DNA of 64,000 nt from Klebsormidium nitens (taxonomy: Eukaryota > Plantae > Klebsormidiophyceae): contig DF237341.1 in assembly GCA_000708835.1 (NCBI GenBank), forward strand, positions 23,108-87,107, in the 5' to 3' direction. How positions within the stretch are numbered: the stretch's first letter is position 1; each line of letters begins with the position of its first letter. Below, in pieces: positions 52,004 to 64,000 of the stretch. A model generated the notes under the pieces. The model did no database searches. It had not been told where the DNA came from and was given only the letters and a program-made list of their open reading frames with translations. The position numbers and the translations under genes were made by a program.

Positions 52004-54007
52004 GGGGGTGGGGAGTACCTGGAAGCTGGAGAAGAGGCGGTGCCTACTTCGAAGTGGTAAAGAAACACTGACGGGTAAAATAAGGGGACTCGTCTGAAGC
52101 AGGAGAGTCGCGCCTGCTGTGTGAGAGCATTGAGCACATGTGAATAGCCGCCAACCGCAGCTGTAGTTCTTTCGATAAGGAAGTAGTAGAGTCAAAAAGA
52201 TTGCCTGCATTGAAATGCTTACGCTAACTTGTAAGCAGTTCGAACGTGGAAGGCTGCATTATGAAGGGGTGTGTCCGTCCGAAGAAAACACTTTTGGTAG
52301 AACATTGAACATGTAAGAGGCTTCGTAACCATGGTTTCGTCGTGAACAATCCTGGGTGCCGGTGAAATCGTAGGTCGTTGCGCCTTGAGCTCATGACCCT
52401 TCGTCATTCTTCATTTCCTGGCCAACGTGACTCGAAAAGCACGATAAGGGTTCTTTCTCGAGCCATTTGAGGAGGTGGCACAATGTGTGACAGATGCATT
52501 GGTCATATTGCCTTAGGCTGGATTCTTTCGCCACAAACCTTGACTCATGTCCTGCTTGCCACGGCACATCAGAACATCACATCGACGTGCCACATGAAAT
52601 TTTCGTGACAATCTGTGAAGAATCTGCCTACTAGGATTCTCCGCATATGACATACTACAGTGCCACAGCAAGGAGTCTTCGACTAATGTTTAGCACAAGG
52701 GGTGACGTGTTATAACCACAATCAGATGGTAAAAACCTGCTTTTAGCTTATGCTGCAAGTTCTCTCAAAGAGATAAAGTGTTGCGAAGCAAGGGTCTCGC
52801 GCTCCACCCTAACACAACAATATCACTTCGTTGTCGTTAAAGCTGCAAATCTCGACGGGCTTGTTCCAACCTTTGATTCATTTCAGGACAAAGGCAGATG
52901 TGGGTGGCGCAGCTTGGCAGCTTGGTACATAACCACAATGGCGCGATAGAAGGCACACATATACATTCAGAACTTCATCTCATTGCAGGCTTACTGTGTT
53001 TTCAAAACGACGATCACCAGGAATTCTGGGTTCGAGAAGAGGGGCACTTGAAGTTACAATTACCTTGTTTTCTACTTCCTAATGCTTCCCCAATGGACAT
53101 AACAATCGGGTAACAATCTGCATTTGCTCGTATAATGTGAACATGAGCTCAGCCATATATAACAATATTAAAAGCAAGGCAGACTAATAAGTGGGTAATA
53201 CGACGTACAGCGCGGAACACCGCCGCCGGGAGGATACCTAGCAACAGAAGCAGAGAGGCGTTGAAGTTCCGCACCACCATGGCAAGCTACCTAGTAAGTT
53301 AGTAACATAGATAAAGTTAGTACGTAGATATCTACTGCATAGGTAGGACCTAGGTAACCGTCGGCAGTCCTGTGTTTGGCCGCAATCCAACCGGTGGCAG
53401 GCAACTTGCAGAATCTTCAATCAAGGGTCCCAGATGCGCCACCTCAAGCAAACAAGGGTTTAAGGGACATGTGTTGAGTTTATGTCCGTCGATGAATCGA
53501 TGGACTTTACCTTTTGTGTCACGTGGTTTCAAAAAGTGCCAATCAGCGATGGACTCGTGAACTTCCGCCTAGAGCGCTGTGTGCATGCACACCACACCTC
53601 GATGATCTCATGCCCTGGAGCTCGTGAGAGACCGTTGTCAAGCTTTTTGGGGACGTCACTACACTATTATCTGCCTGCTATCTACGAACTAGATCTGGAA
53701 ATTCACATGTTTTGCCTACATTCAGCATTAGGTGAGGAAGGGGCGGTGTGGGATCTGGGAGCTTAAGAGCTTGGCATTTGGAGCTCGACGGGCTCTTGCG
53801 TTCATGTTCCGTGGGCTCTGTTGGTTGTAACGAGGTTTGATGTAGGCTATCAAGTCACGACTTAAGTGACACAGGTGGTAAAGGGTGCGGGGTTGTAAGC
53901 GGTGGCCAAGATTTGAACATCTTTTAAACAAACACTGCGGCATTTGATGCAGAAGTAGGGAAATACAGGGCAAAGACCACAGATAGTTGCAAGAAAGGTT
54001 CAGTAAG

Positions 54008-57000
54008 ATGGCGACCAAACCAGGTGTGCTGTCAGAATGGCCTTGGCAGAGGATGGGCAACTATAAGGTGAGTCTTCCGAACAATGGTTTGCTGCGCTCC
54101 CACATGGTCTTAGGGTCCGTGCTATCTCAAACCGATTGGTTGGTAAGGGGTTGTACTTGTTCTGTGGACCAGATCTGCAAGGATGCTGGGCTCTGTGTTC
54201 GAGATCTTGGATTCTGCATCTTGACATTATTGTGAAGAGAGATTTGTGAACCCATTTGTACTCCCTGAGCTGAAGCTGTTCATCATCCCTAAGTCTGCTG
54301 CCGGGTGCTTTAGAGCCTGCATTCACCGTGTTTGTTCCGTTTGGAGGGGCAGATTTATCTTCTGTGTGGCAGAGCTCACATTTGGAGCTGTCACCAAGCA
54401 AATGCCTCCGCTTAGAGCACTTATCTAGTGGACTCAATGTGGCTTGCCTGGTAACCATTGGGTGCTGCTTATTCTAGACAGCCTCTCAGTCACTTAAGGT
54501 CTGAGGTAGAGAAACCTTTTCGCAGACTGGTGCGTTGTTCTGGTTTTGTTTGGCTGCAAGATTTGCGACAGCTTTTCTTCTGCGCTAGCATGTAGACACT
54601 CGTTGTTGTTGAGCTGAGAGGCAGTGCTGCAGCAGCTCTGTAGCAGCGCGAGCATGCAGGTTCACTTTATGCTCTGCACTGTGAACCTGATTTGCGCAGA
54701 CTCTGAAACAACCTCCAGTCACTCTTAGCTACTCCGGGGTTGAAAAAAAAAAGAGGCGCCACATTCTTGCCAGTTGCAGGAGTCTACCGTTAAGAACATT
54801 GTGACCCTTTGAAATCTGGTGTTGATTAGCTTCGAATCCATTCCTTTCACTCAGAGCAACAATTTGTCTTGTAAAAGGTTTCAGACACTCATTTATTGTC
54901 CACTATATTTTGGCCCACTCTCAGACAGGTCTGGATAAGCACACCTGCGTCTTTGGTTCACTGTATTGACCATCCCAAATAAATGGGCGCATCTGGATTT
55001 GCACCAAGCAGAGCCGGTCATACGTCAAAGGCGTTCATTGGTAGCTCGCAGGCAAAATTCAAACCTCGTCCAGCCAACGCACATCGATGAAGTTTGCACA
55101 CCCAATTGCTCAGGATTGATACTTTCCTTCAGAGACCGCATCTAATGCAAGCAGGTCTGTATCTAAATCAGTGCGACAAGTGCTGCAGGGACCTTGGGGT
55201 CTTCAGTAGCTAGAATAAACAGTAAGATGACCGCTTCTTTTGGGTTGTTATCTCTTCAAGGCCCTAACTCTTTCAACCGAGTCTTATTGAACGTATCCTG
55301 ACACCGGCCTTTCTGCTGCAGTATGTGCTTTACGCTCCATATGTGGCTGCGGCAGCTTACGAGTGGGGCTACCAGGGCAAAGCAAACGAGTTCATTGCTT
55401 ACAACGCACACCTTGGGGTTATTGCCGCCCTTCGCTACGTGGTTATGCAGATCTGGACTTCCATAGCTCGCTTTCCCTGGCTTGTGGGGAAGTACCAGAT
55501 ATCATCAAAGGGGATAGATTTCAAGCAAGTTGATAGAGAGGACAGCTGGTAAGCACATAAGTACTTACTTTAGCACAGTCCCTGCCTTCTTGCTCTCCTA
55601 AGTAGGTGCTTCTAACTGCAGTTCTGATCTTGAAGAGTGGAAACGGGAGGCATCAAGCAGGCGGAAGTGGTGACATTTTGACAGCTTGTAAGTGGTTGGG
55701 AAAGGGCACAGTTACATTGTCCCAACGATCTGGCGTTCATAGCCTTTGTTCAACAAAAATGCAGACAGGTGTTTATCTAGCCACATGTGAATTCGTTCGA
55801 AGGGAAGCATTAAAGATGCGCACTTGTTATTAAGATCTTGAGCATCTTTGCGCACCATCGTACCTGTCCCCAGTTTGATATTGGCTTGCAATCACTAATG
55901 CATGTCAGGAGATGCTGAACTTTTCCCTTGAGACTTTGATCCAAATGGACGCAGCGGGCAAACATTGCCGCTTGCGAGGCGCTACGTAACCACACACGCT
56001 GGGGTGGAGGCAGGCGCACACATTGCCACTCAAGAGTCTGGTCATGCTGCACTCCGAACCCCTCCTGAAGAACACTCACAACATCTGGTGTGCGCGCAGG
56101 GACGACTTCATCTTGTTCAACAGCCTGGGGCTGACCCTGCTGGGCCTGGTGCTGCCCGGGTGGCAGACGCTGCCGCTGGTGAACGGGCACGGCCTGGTGG
56201 TGATGCTACTGCTGCACGCCAGTGTGGCGGAGTGGCTCTACTACTGGTTCCACCGCGCGCTGCACCACCACTGGCTCTACACGCGCTACCACTCGCACCA
56301 CCACCAGTCCTTTGTCACCGAGCCCATCACAGGTGCGCAGGGCTTTCACAACGTCAGATGTGCAAGGCAGGCCGGCATGCTAGATACAGAACCTCAGGCG
56401 CGTTGTCAGTGACGGGATGTGCTTGATGTATGTTTCTATCTGCAAACCCTTGGCAAACTCCAGTCAGCACTCTCGTCGCTCAGTCTGTTTGGTGCCCTGA
56501 TATCTCCGGATTTGGAAAGAGCGTCTTAGTAGAAACTGGCGAAAGCCTACCTTTTGTCTTGGTGGAAAGATGCAGGAGTTCTCTGCTTTGCTATTTCGTC
56601 CACGTCACAATGCTGCGTGACGGTGATACAATAAGAGGCTGCAAGAGCCTGTTTTGGCTGCCAACTCACAGTGGTCCCCCGCTGGCGTGCAGGGTCGGTG
56701 CACCCCTTTCTGGAGCACGTGGGGTATATTGCCATTTTTGCGCTGCCAGGCGTGCTGACTTATGTGGGGGGTCAAGGGTCGATTGCCATGATCTATGCGT
56801 ACCTGCTCACATTCGACTTCCTCAACGGCCTGGGCCACTGCAACTTCGAGTTCATCCCCACCTGGTTCTTCAAGGCCTTCCCCCCCCTCAAGTACCTCAT
56901 TTACACCCCCTCGTAAGTGCTCCGCAAATTCGACATCAGTTCCTTCTCGACCAGCCACAGCATTGCGAATCTCCGCACCTGAAGGTCCCTCCCCTGGAAT

Positions 57001-60000
57001 AGCAGAAGAATCCTAAGAGGGCGTTGCAGGACAGGTTCTACCTCAGGCGACCAATTTGACACCCATTAGGGGCAGCTTGGGTGCCAAAGGGGTTTCTCGA
57101 GATGGAATCTTGAGCCGTCGATGGCTTTTCGCCTCAGCACTCAGATGCGCGAATGTACGCTGAAATCCGACCCCCTTTTTAATGGCGGATAGTGATTTGG
57201 GATCAGTGCAGCCAAAATCAGTGTCATCAAGCTTGGAATGGCTGCTCGTTGGAAAGGCATTGAAGATGCACCGTTGCTTTGCAGGTACCACTCTCTGCAC
57301 CACACGCGCGTCCACACAAACTTCTCGCTCTTCATGCCGCTGTATGACTACCTATATGGCACAGTCGACAATGACAGCGACACGCTCTACGAGCAGACCA
57401 TAAAAGGTAAGGGGGAACAAGATTGCCAACATACTCAGGAATGAGCTTGTCTGCATGCGTGAAGACAGTGACGACCATATGCAGTGCTTTGTGATTGACA
57501 TCCTGTCTTCTACATTGTCAACTCAAAAGGAAAGGCAATTCTGTGGCAGATTACGGAGCACTGGCCCCTCATTTTGAACACTGATACTTGTCGGACATTC
57601 CCTGAACGAGAGTCGGCCGTGGCAATCAGCAACAGTGGGTGGTCCAATCTGATGATCTAAGTGACTCAGATCGTTCAAGGAGTGAACTATAAACTAGCAC
57701 AGAATCCTAGGGCTTGTTCCACTCACTCTTCTCTGCCACCCTTCTGTCTCCTAAGCTGACGCCCGTCCTTTTCGCTGGCAGGAGTCCACCCCGGCCCGGA
57801 CGCCATCTTTTTGGCCCACGGCATGGACGTCGGCTCGTTTGTGCACGGCTGCTTTGGCATTCGCGGGCTGGCCTCCCACCCGTACTATCCTTCGTGGGTG
57901 GTGTACCCGCTGCTCCCGCTGGCCACCCTGCTCACCATCTTCTGCTGGCTCATTGACGCCAAGCCCTGGGCCGTGGATCGCCGCTCCCTGCGCGGAAACA
58001 AGATCGAGCTCTGGACCGTGCCCCGGATGGGCCTCCAGGTAAGCGCAGCCTTGTGCACGGGAAAGCAAGCGGAATGACGGGCCTTTCCAGGTTATGTTCC
58101 CCAAAGCTTCGAGGTTGATTCCTTTGGCGTGCGACTTTTCGCATATTATGGCAAACAAAACCCATTCCTGTGTCGCCTTCCATTGAAACTTGTACGGGAT
58201 CGATGAGATGTCCTTAAAAGAAGACGGCTTCTTCAACCTCATTCGTTAGGTAGGTGTTTTGTGGTCTTGACTGGCAGGATCGACTTATCGTATTGACGCT
58301 TCTCGCCCGCACGTCTCTGCAGTACTTCTTCCCCTCTGAGAGGCCCAAGATCAACCGCCTGATCCTTCAGACGCTCAAGAAGTGCGACGCGAACGGTGTG
58401 AAAGTCTTTGGACTGGGCGCACTGAACAAGGTGGGCCCTTACCCCCATTCTCGTCCGCCAGCTATGTCGATCGGCCTACGTCTGACAGAATCCCGCTTAC
58501 CCGTATGCACCAAGCGTGCCTGCGAGCGGCCGCTTTTCATGGCAATCGTGCACGTTTCTATCGCCTGTAGAAAGCACACCTTCTGACGTCAGCAGTTGCG
58601 TTTCGTGGTTGCAGAGCGAGGCGCTGAACCAGGGGGGCGAGATCTACCGGAAGGACATCGAGGGGCTGCGCATGCGCGTGGTGCACGGCAACACGCTGAC
58701 CGCGGCCTCCATCCTGCACCGGCTGCCGCAGGACTGCGACGAGATCTTCTTGACGGGGGGCACCTCCAAGCTGGGTCGGGCGCTCGCCCTCTACCTCGTG
58801 CGGAAGGGGGTCCGCGTGCTGGTCAGTGCCAGGCTCGTTTTAGGGATTCACTATCATATTGCTGCAGATGGACTCAGTGCAACTGGTATCTCTCTTATGG
58901 ATGCCAGCAAAAGAAGCCATGTCTGCCACGATTGTGCCCGGAAGGACCAAGAGAATGCACCCTGCATCTCAGCTAGTAAAGTGACGTGCGATCCCGGTCA
59001 CATGCGTAGCTGATGTTCGTGTGTGTGTGCAGCTGCACACGAAGTCTCAGGAGCGGTTCCAGGCCATTGTCGACGAGGCCGCGCCCGAGCATCGAAAATA
59101 CTTGGTCTGGTCTCCCAACTTAACGGATGGCAGCCACTGCAAGGTCAGCCCTGATTCTTGTCCTCACAGTGCCATGATGGACGCGGCACAGTCCATATGC
59201 AGATTTCCACGGTGTGTTTCTGGGGTTGTTGGCCTAAGAATGAGGACTCGACGAATGAAGTCCCTCTAGTCTCCCTTCAAAGCCCCGCCCTGCATGACGA
59301 GCAGCCCGAAACCGTTGGTTTTTATGTTTTCAATTTCGTTGGTGCAGAACTGGGTGGTTGGGCGGTGGCACTCGCGCAAGGAGCAGGCGTTCGCCCCGGC
59401 TGGGACGCACTTCCACCAGTTCGTGGTCCCGCTCATGACGCCCGCCAGGAAGGACTGCACCTACAGCAAGCAAATATGCATGCGGATGCCCAAGGTGCGC
59501 ACCCTTACCCAAGCCGCCCGATACGGCCCGCTGGAAGTCCAACACTGCCTCCTGCCTGCTCTTGTATCCGTTGCGTTTGAAGTCTTTCTTATCGAGGCAA
59601 GGAAATCGTCAATGAGCACTTGGCGACAGAGCCAGTCGCACGTGCCAATGGTGAAGATTGAAGGACATCAATCACTTGAGGAAGCAACAGAAGCGTAGTG
59701 CTCCGAGGAAACGGTGATAAATCTGCGTAGTGCTCATTCGTCAAATGCTTACGAGGTCCATCACCTTGGCTGCAGGATACCCAGGGTCTGGGTCACTGCG
59801 AGTTGAACTTACAGAGGAATACCGTGCACGCGTGCCATGCTGCCGTCATCGTGCACTTATTAGAAGGGTGGGACTTCCACGAGGTGAGCCAGCCGCGCAA
59901 AACAATAAGAGTACTAGGTGCTTGCCTTTCCTGGGCTTTTCGTACTCGTGGTCTTTGAATGGATATTCTCCTGTAGACCTGGAGCGAGCAAGAATATGTC

Positions 60001-60124
60001 GATCCGTTGTCATCCATCTGACCCGACCCTGTTTCTGTCGATGCAGTTGGGCTCTATTAACGTAGATCGCATTGACGAAAATTGGGAGGCCGCTTTGAAG
60101 CACGGATTTGAGCCCGTTTCTTGA
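54008..60124 (+). CDS. CER1/CER3: ECERIFERUM1/3-family very-long-chain alkane biosynthesis protein (fatty acid hydroxylase domain + WAX2 C-terminal domain), 12 exons
   Basis: [13 protein letters not shown]...[10 protein letters not shown]...YHSHHH...VTEPIT...HPFLEH...GHCNFE...YTPSYHSLHH...LFMPLYDY...[15 protein letters not shown]...[11 protein letters not shown]...[17 protein letters not shown]...[10 protein letters not shown]...RNTVHACHA...[10 protein letters not shown]...[11 protein letters not shown]. Confidence 0.95.
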
Positions 60125-61204
60125 GCGCAGACAGCCCCTCCGCTGGCAAATGTGGTCAAACAGGGTTGATAGTTGTATTCTCAGCGAGGTGATGCGTCCG
60201 TGTTGCAAGAGTAGGGTTCATGTGCAGTAGCCGCCAGCGGACCGTAGGAAGGCACCTTCCTGCTTTTGTAGCTCCAGCGCAGCTACGTGCAAGGTGTGAA
60301 GGCCGCCCGCGAGGTGGCAACTCCCAAGGAGCATCCAGCTCGAAATTTTGGAGACTGTCTGCACTTCCGGCAAGGGCCTGAGGTAGCAGCGTTTGGTAAA
60401 ATTGAGTGACTTCCAATAAGGCCCTCTCGAAGAAACGCTTTACAACTGGTTTCGCATTTGACGACCGTACCTGCCCAAATCGCAGGGCGAGGCAGTTGCA
60501 TTTTTACCAGACTGTTGACCAGACTGTCAATGTGCACGGCCGAGTATATTTCTTAGTCATGGCATGCCCAGGCTTGGCAGGCAATGTACAGTGCGCTAGC
60601 ATTCGGCAGACATACGTGCACATGATCAAACCCATGGTGCAGGTTCATGTTAAGTTCGCAACCATGTGCACACATGTACTTCGCAATATGTATAATAACT
60701 ACAGTTAACGCACATCTCGTAAGTTACCATCTCTTGCATACTACAATAGAGCGCTCAAATGATTCGGCCTGATCCCTATGAAGAAACTTGCCGGCCATGT
60801 GTGACAAACTTCAACTGGCGGCTGCAAGGTAGCCGATCGTGCGCCAACAGCGCTGTGGCAAGGGCACCGTAAGGTTCGCACATGTCGGACGGTGGAAAGC
60901 TTGTTATATTGCATCGGCAACGGCTCAGTAAAGCTCAGTCCAAAAGAGAAGCTCTTCACTGATGTTATAACTATTCACTTCCAGCTCCTGGCCCGCGGCG
61001 CCCTAAAGCGGTTTGTCAAGAGCAAGTGTTAAGCGCCCACTTTCTGGTGGACACAAGCGATTTAGTATTCCAACAAGTCCTTAATACATCAACCATCGGC
61101 GTTTTATGAGTTTTAGGCCACACGCTACACAACGTAAACCTTAATTCTTCCTGCTAGAGGACCGTGACGATCTTGATTGAAGCAGGTCACGGTGACACAA
61201 CGGC

Positions 61205-61300
61205 AGCGACCTCGTGCTATGATAAGAAGCAAGAGTTTGTAGCCGCCCGCTAGCGACCTCGTGCTATGATAAGAAGCAAGAGTTTGTAGCCGCCCGCTAG
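61205..61300. repeat. Perfect tandem duplication, 2 x 47 bp (agcgacctcgtgctatgataagaagcaagagtttgtagccgcccgct)
   Basis: Two identical adjacent units (61205-61251, 61252-61298) plus the first 2 nt of a third, between the convergent CER1/3 and VOC genes. Confidence 0.92.
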
Positions 61301-61942
61301 TATGGTACAAATCTCAAAGCTACACAGAACAATATTTAGCAAGGTTCTTATACATATAGGTACTTGACTGCTGTTACGGGGTTCACTTCAAACTTGATTG
61401 TACAGGAATATGTTCACCTAGCTTATGCCATGCCTTGATGAAGTAGAGGCATTTTCCTAGTTGGCGTGACACGCACCTGCGCAAAGAGTAGAGATCATCC
61501 TTTTCCAATGTTCATTGAATTGCGAGCGTCAACCTCAGCCGCATCCAACAAAGGCACGGCGCAGGACATTGTAGAGCAGATCTACAGTGCTCGTTCACTA
61601 CGAAGCAAAACCTCGTTTTTGTCGGTGGCATTTCGACCAACTTTGCGAACACCTAGGATCATGAAAGGTCTGAGAAGCATCAGCTCAAGCACAGCCCGCC
61701 TGTCTCTACCGTGAAGAGGATCTATCTGGCAGATAGAATCCAAACGTAATCATCTGAACCACAAAACTAAGAGGACTGCCACGACGGCCCTATTCTCCTT
61801 CGGCTTGAATTTTGCACGTGAGCCTCAAGCGAATCATGCGATGTTGGTCCGTCCGAGCAGTCAGGTAAAATCCATTCATGACTTCGATGATCACTTTTCA
61901 AGAGCCAGGGCGCCCAGCTAACCTCTCTCGGCCGCTGCCCCG

Positions 61943-63357
61943 CTACTCTTGCGGGCCCATCATGGCGGCCATGCGCTTCTTGAGCTCCTCGGGCGGGACG
62001 TCCTCCACATGCGTCGATATGGTCCATTTGTGCCCGAACGGGTCCACCACCGTCCCCGAGCGGTCCCCGTAAAAGTGCGTCTGCACGGGGGCCTGTACCG
62101 TGGCCCCCTCCTTGACCGCGCGCTCAAACGCCGCCTCCGAGTCGTCCACGTACAGCATGAGGCCCACGGGACTGCCCCCCAGGCTGGCGGGCGACTTGTG
62201 GCCGCGCTCGGGGACCTCGTCGGCCAGCATGAACGGGCTGTCGCCGATGCGCATCTCGGCGTGCATGATGGTCCCGCCGGGCCCGTCCATCTTGACAGTC
62301 TCGACGGCGCCGAAGGCCCGCGCGTAGAAACCCATGGCTTGGGTGGCACCCTTGACGACCAGGTAAGGGGTGATCTGCAAGCAAGGGAGGCCATAGGGTC
62401 AACTGAATTTGAGATGATAGGTCTGTCAAAACACTAAAGGATGCTAGCAGCAAGCACCTAGATGGACTTAAGTTTCAGTTGAGATGGAGGCGACTGCGAA
62501 GGTTTTGAAACATTACAACTTCTCGGACGAAACGAGATCGAAGATGGAAAAAGCAGGGGGAGCTGATATAAGAATCGTTGCTTCGGAAGAAAAGTTGGAA
62601 GCAAGAAAGGATGCTTGGTGTGCAAGTGCAGCTACAGATGAAAATGATGAGATTTGAAAGAAACAACCAGATCACAACAAACTTCGAGAATGAAAAGAAT
62701 CTTCGGAAGGACTGACTTGATTGGCTGCCAGACTTGGTAATTCAAGACAATATTCTGTGGGAGCTGATTTCAAGGCTATAGTAAAGTGCGGACACGAGAA
62801 GACAAACATAGGGATGTTCTGTGTTTGGAAGACAAAACGTGGGGGTCATCGAGACTTGACAGTTTCAAAATCAGGACGAAGCTGCAAGTTTCAAAGTCGC
62901 ATCAACCTTTGGTCCACAGACAACTGGGCACAAGTTTTCTCAAACCGGAGTAGAAGATGTCTTGCTTCTACCCAGTGAGCAATCGAGCATCAACTGCCCC
63001 CCTGGCTGACAAGGCCGTTCAAGATGATGCTTTGAGGCGTGTCATCAGATTCCTTGTAAGTGGGCTCAACTTCGTAAACAGATAATCAGTGCATTTGCAG
63101 CTTGCACACGACGATCGGCGTTGAGCTTCATGCCTAGCTGTAGACTCCAGTGCAGCTGCCACGACCAACGAACTTGATCTCTTGCCAGTTCTAATCAAGC
63201 CTGTAGCTAGGCTCAGAACAGCACAGCCACAGCACAGCATTGGACGGATGCATTGGACAATTTGATATGTAGAAGCTGGCGAAACCAGTCAAATGAGGGA
63301 GTCACATGAACTCACCGTATGAAACCCCTTAGGACGTGTCTCGACGGCACTGGCCAT
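61943..63357 (-). CDS. VOC/glyoxalase-superfamily (PhnB-like) protein, bacterial type, 2 exons (63357-63316, 62374-61943), 157 aa
   Basis: Exon 1 ATG...CATACG/gtgag encodes MASAVETRPKGFHT. It splices in phase 0 to cttgcag/ITPYLVVKGATQAMGFYARAFGA...IMHAEMRIGDSPFMLADE...SLGGSPVGLMLYVDD...FERAVKEGA...FYGDRSGTVVDPFGHKWTISTH. This is the classic bacterial PhnB-like VOC pattern. Confidence 0.92.
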
Positions 63358-63782
63358 GTTGTGTCCTTCAGGTCCTTGAAGAAGCACAATGAAGCTTGAT
63401 TGGATAAAATGTTGAGCTTGGCAGCTAGCTGCGGGCCTAAAGTTGAAGAAAGGCGCAAGTGATTACTGGTGATTGTACGCGGCAGAACTGGAACAAGTGC
63501 GTCAATCACTTTTGCGTCGCCTTTTGAACCTCAGGCTCCAGCTTCATGGAGCTGTCTTGGCAATGTCTGCAGGGCCGCATTCACAGCCATGCCCGCCAGC
63601 GGGAATCCAACTTCTGTGCCAAGTCACAGCTGACGTCCGGCTACAATAAATCGAAATTACTCAGCGCCCAGCGCCCAGACCACGATGCCAGGTGTCGTGA
63701 TACGAACTGTGCTTTTGTGGACACGTAGGACTTCTAACACTTATGACCAGGCAACTCTCCGCCACTCACATCGCCGATAAGA

Positions 63783-63958
63783 CTTCAATTTAGGTAAAGT
63801 AAGCTTTAGGTAAAGTAAAGCCAAGCAGCCTGGGACGGGTGGGGTTAGTTCGGGGGTTAGGGTGGGTTCGGGTGCGGAGCGGGTGATTTTGAGGGTTAGG
63901 TTTTTCGTGTTAGGCTGGGAGCTTACTTTACCTGGAGCTTACTTTACCTAAATTGAAG
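63783..63958. mobile_element. MITE-like non-autonomous DNA transposon (176 bp)
   Basis: Perfect 23-bp TIRs: cttcaatttaggtaaagtaagct (63783-63805) and its reverse complement (63936-63958). A second, subterminal copy of the TIR core sits on each side, 'aga' flanks both ends (possible 3-bp TSD), and there is no coding capacity. Confidence 0.8.
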
Positions 63959-64000
63959 AGACATACATCGCCGGCAGTTGGAAGCTTGAAAAACGGTCAT

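Noticed and set aside
51400-52210. Long minus-strand ORFs (245 and 248 aa) and similar antisense ORFs over pfkB, AIH and the 34-35 kb gene
   Set aside because: These are shadows of GC-rich or low-complexity sense exons and have no recognisable motifs.

Overview
Eukaryotic nuclear DNA: gene-dense, with many short GT-AG introns and GC-rich exons. Gene content (SQD2, SLP1, plant-type AIH, SDN5, CER1/3) points to a green plant lineage, most likely a streptophyte alga of the Klebsormidium type; this is an inference. I reconstructed 14 protein-coding genes by joining exons by eye: a TM-LysM protein (5' partial), a pfkB kinase, SQD2, a CBP3/UQCC1 chaperone, a NUDT8-like Nudix hydrolase, SLP1 phosphatase, agmatine iminohydrolase, a bacterial-type GNAT, an uncharacterised 'INRAP...GWGGKG' domain protein, SDN5/REX1 exonuclease, a zinc-ribbon hypothetical protein, an acidic CaaX-ended protein, a CER1/CER3 hybrid alkane-synthesis enzyme and a bacterial-type VOC/glyoxalase protein. 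Non-coding features include a 176-bp MITE-like element with 23-bp perfect TIRs, two short tandem repeats, a three-copy dispersed repeat and dense CATG clusters in 3' intergenic DNA. The most interesting items are the single-gene CER1/3 that keeps both catalytic signatures, the two likely bacterial HGT genes (one has gained an intron) and the uncharacterised conserved domain protein. No rRNA, tRNA or CRISPR was found. Most ORFs in the supplied track are antisense or intron read-through artefacts of high GC. Exon boundaries and start codons are manual calls without transcript support.
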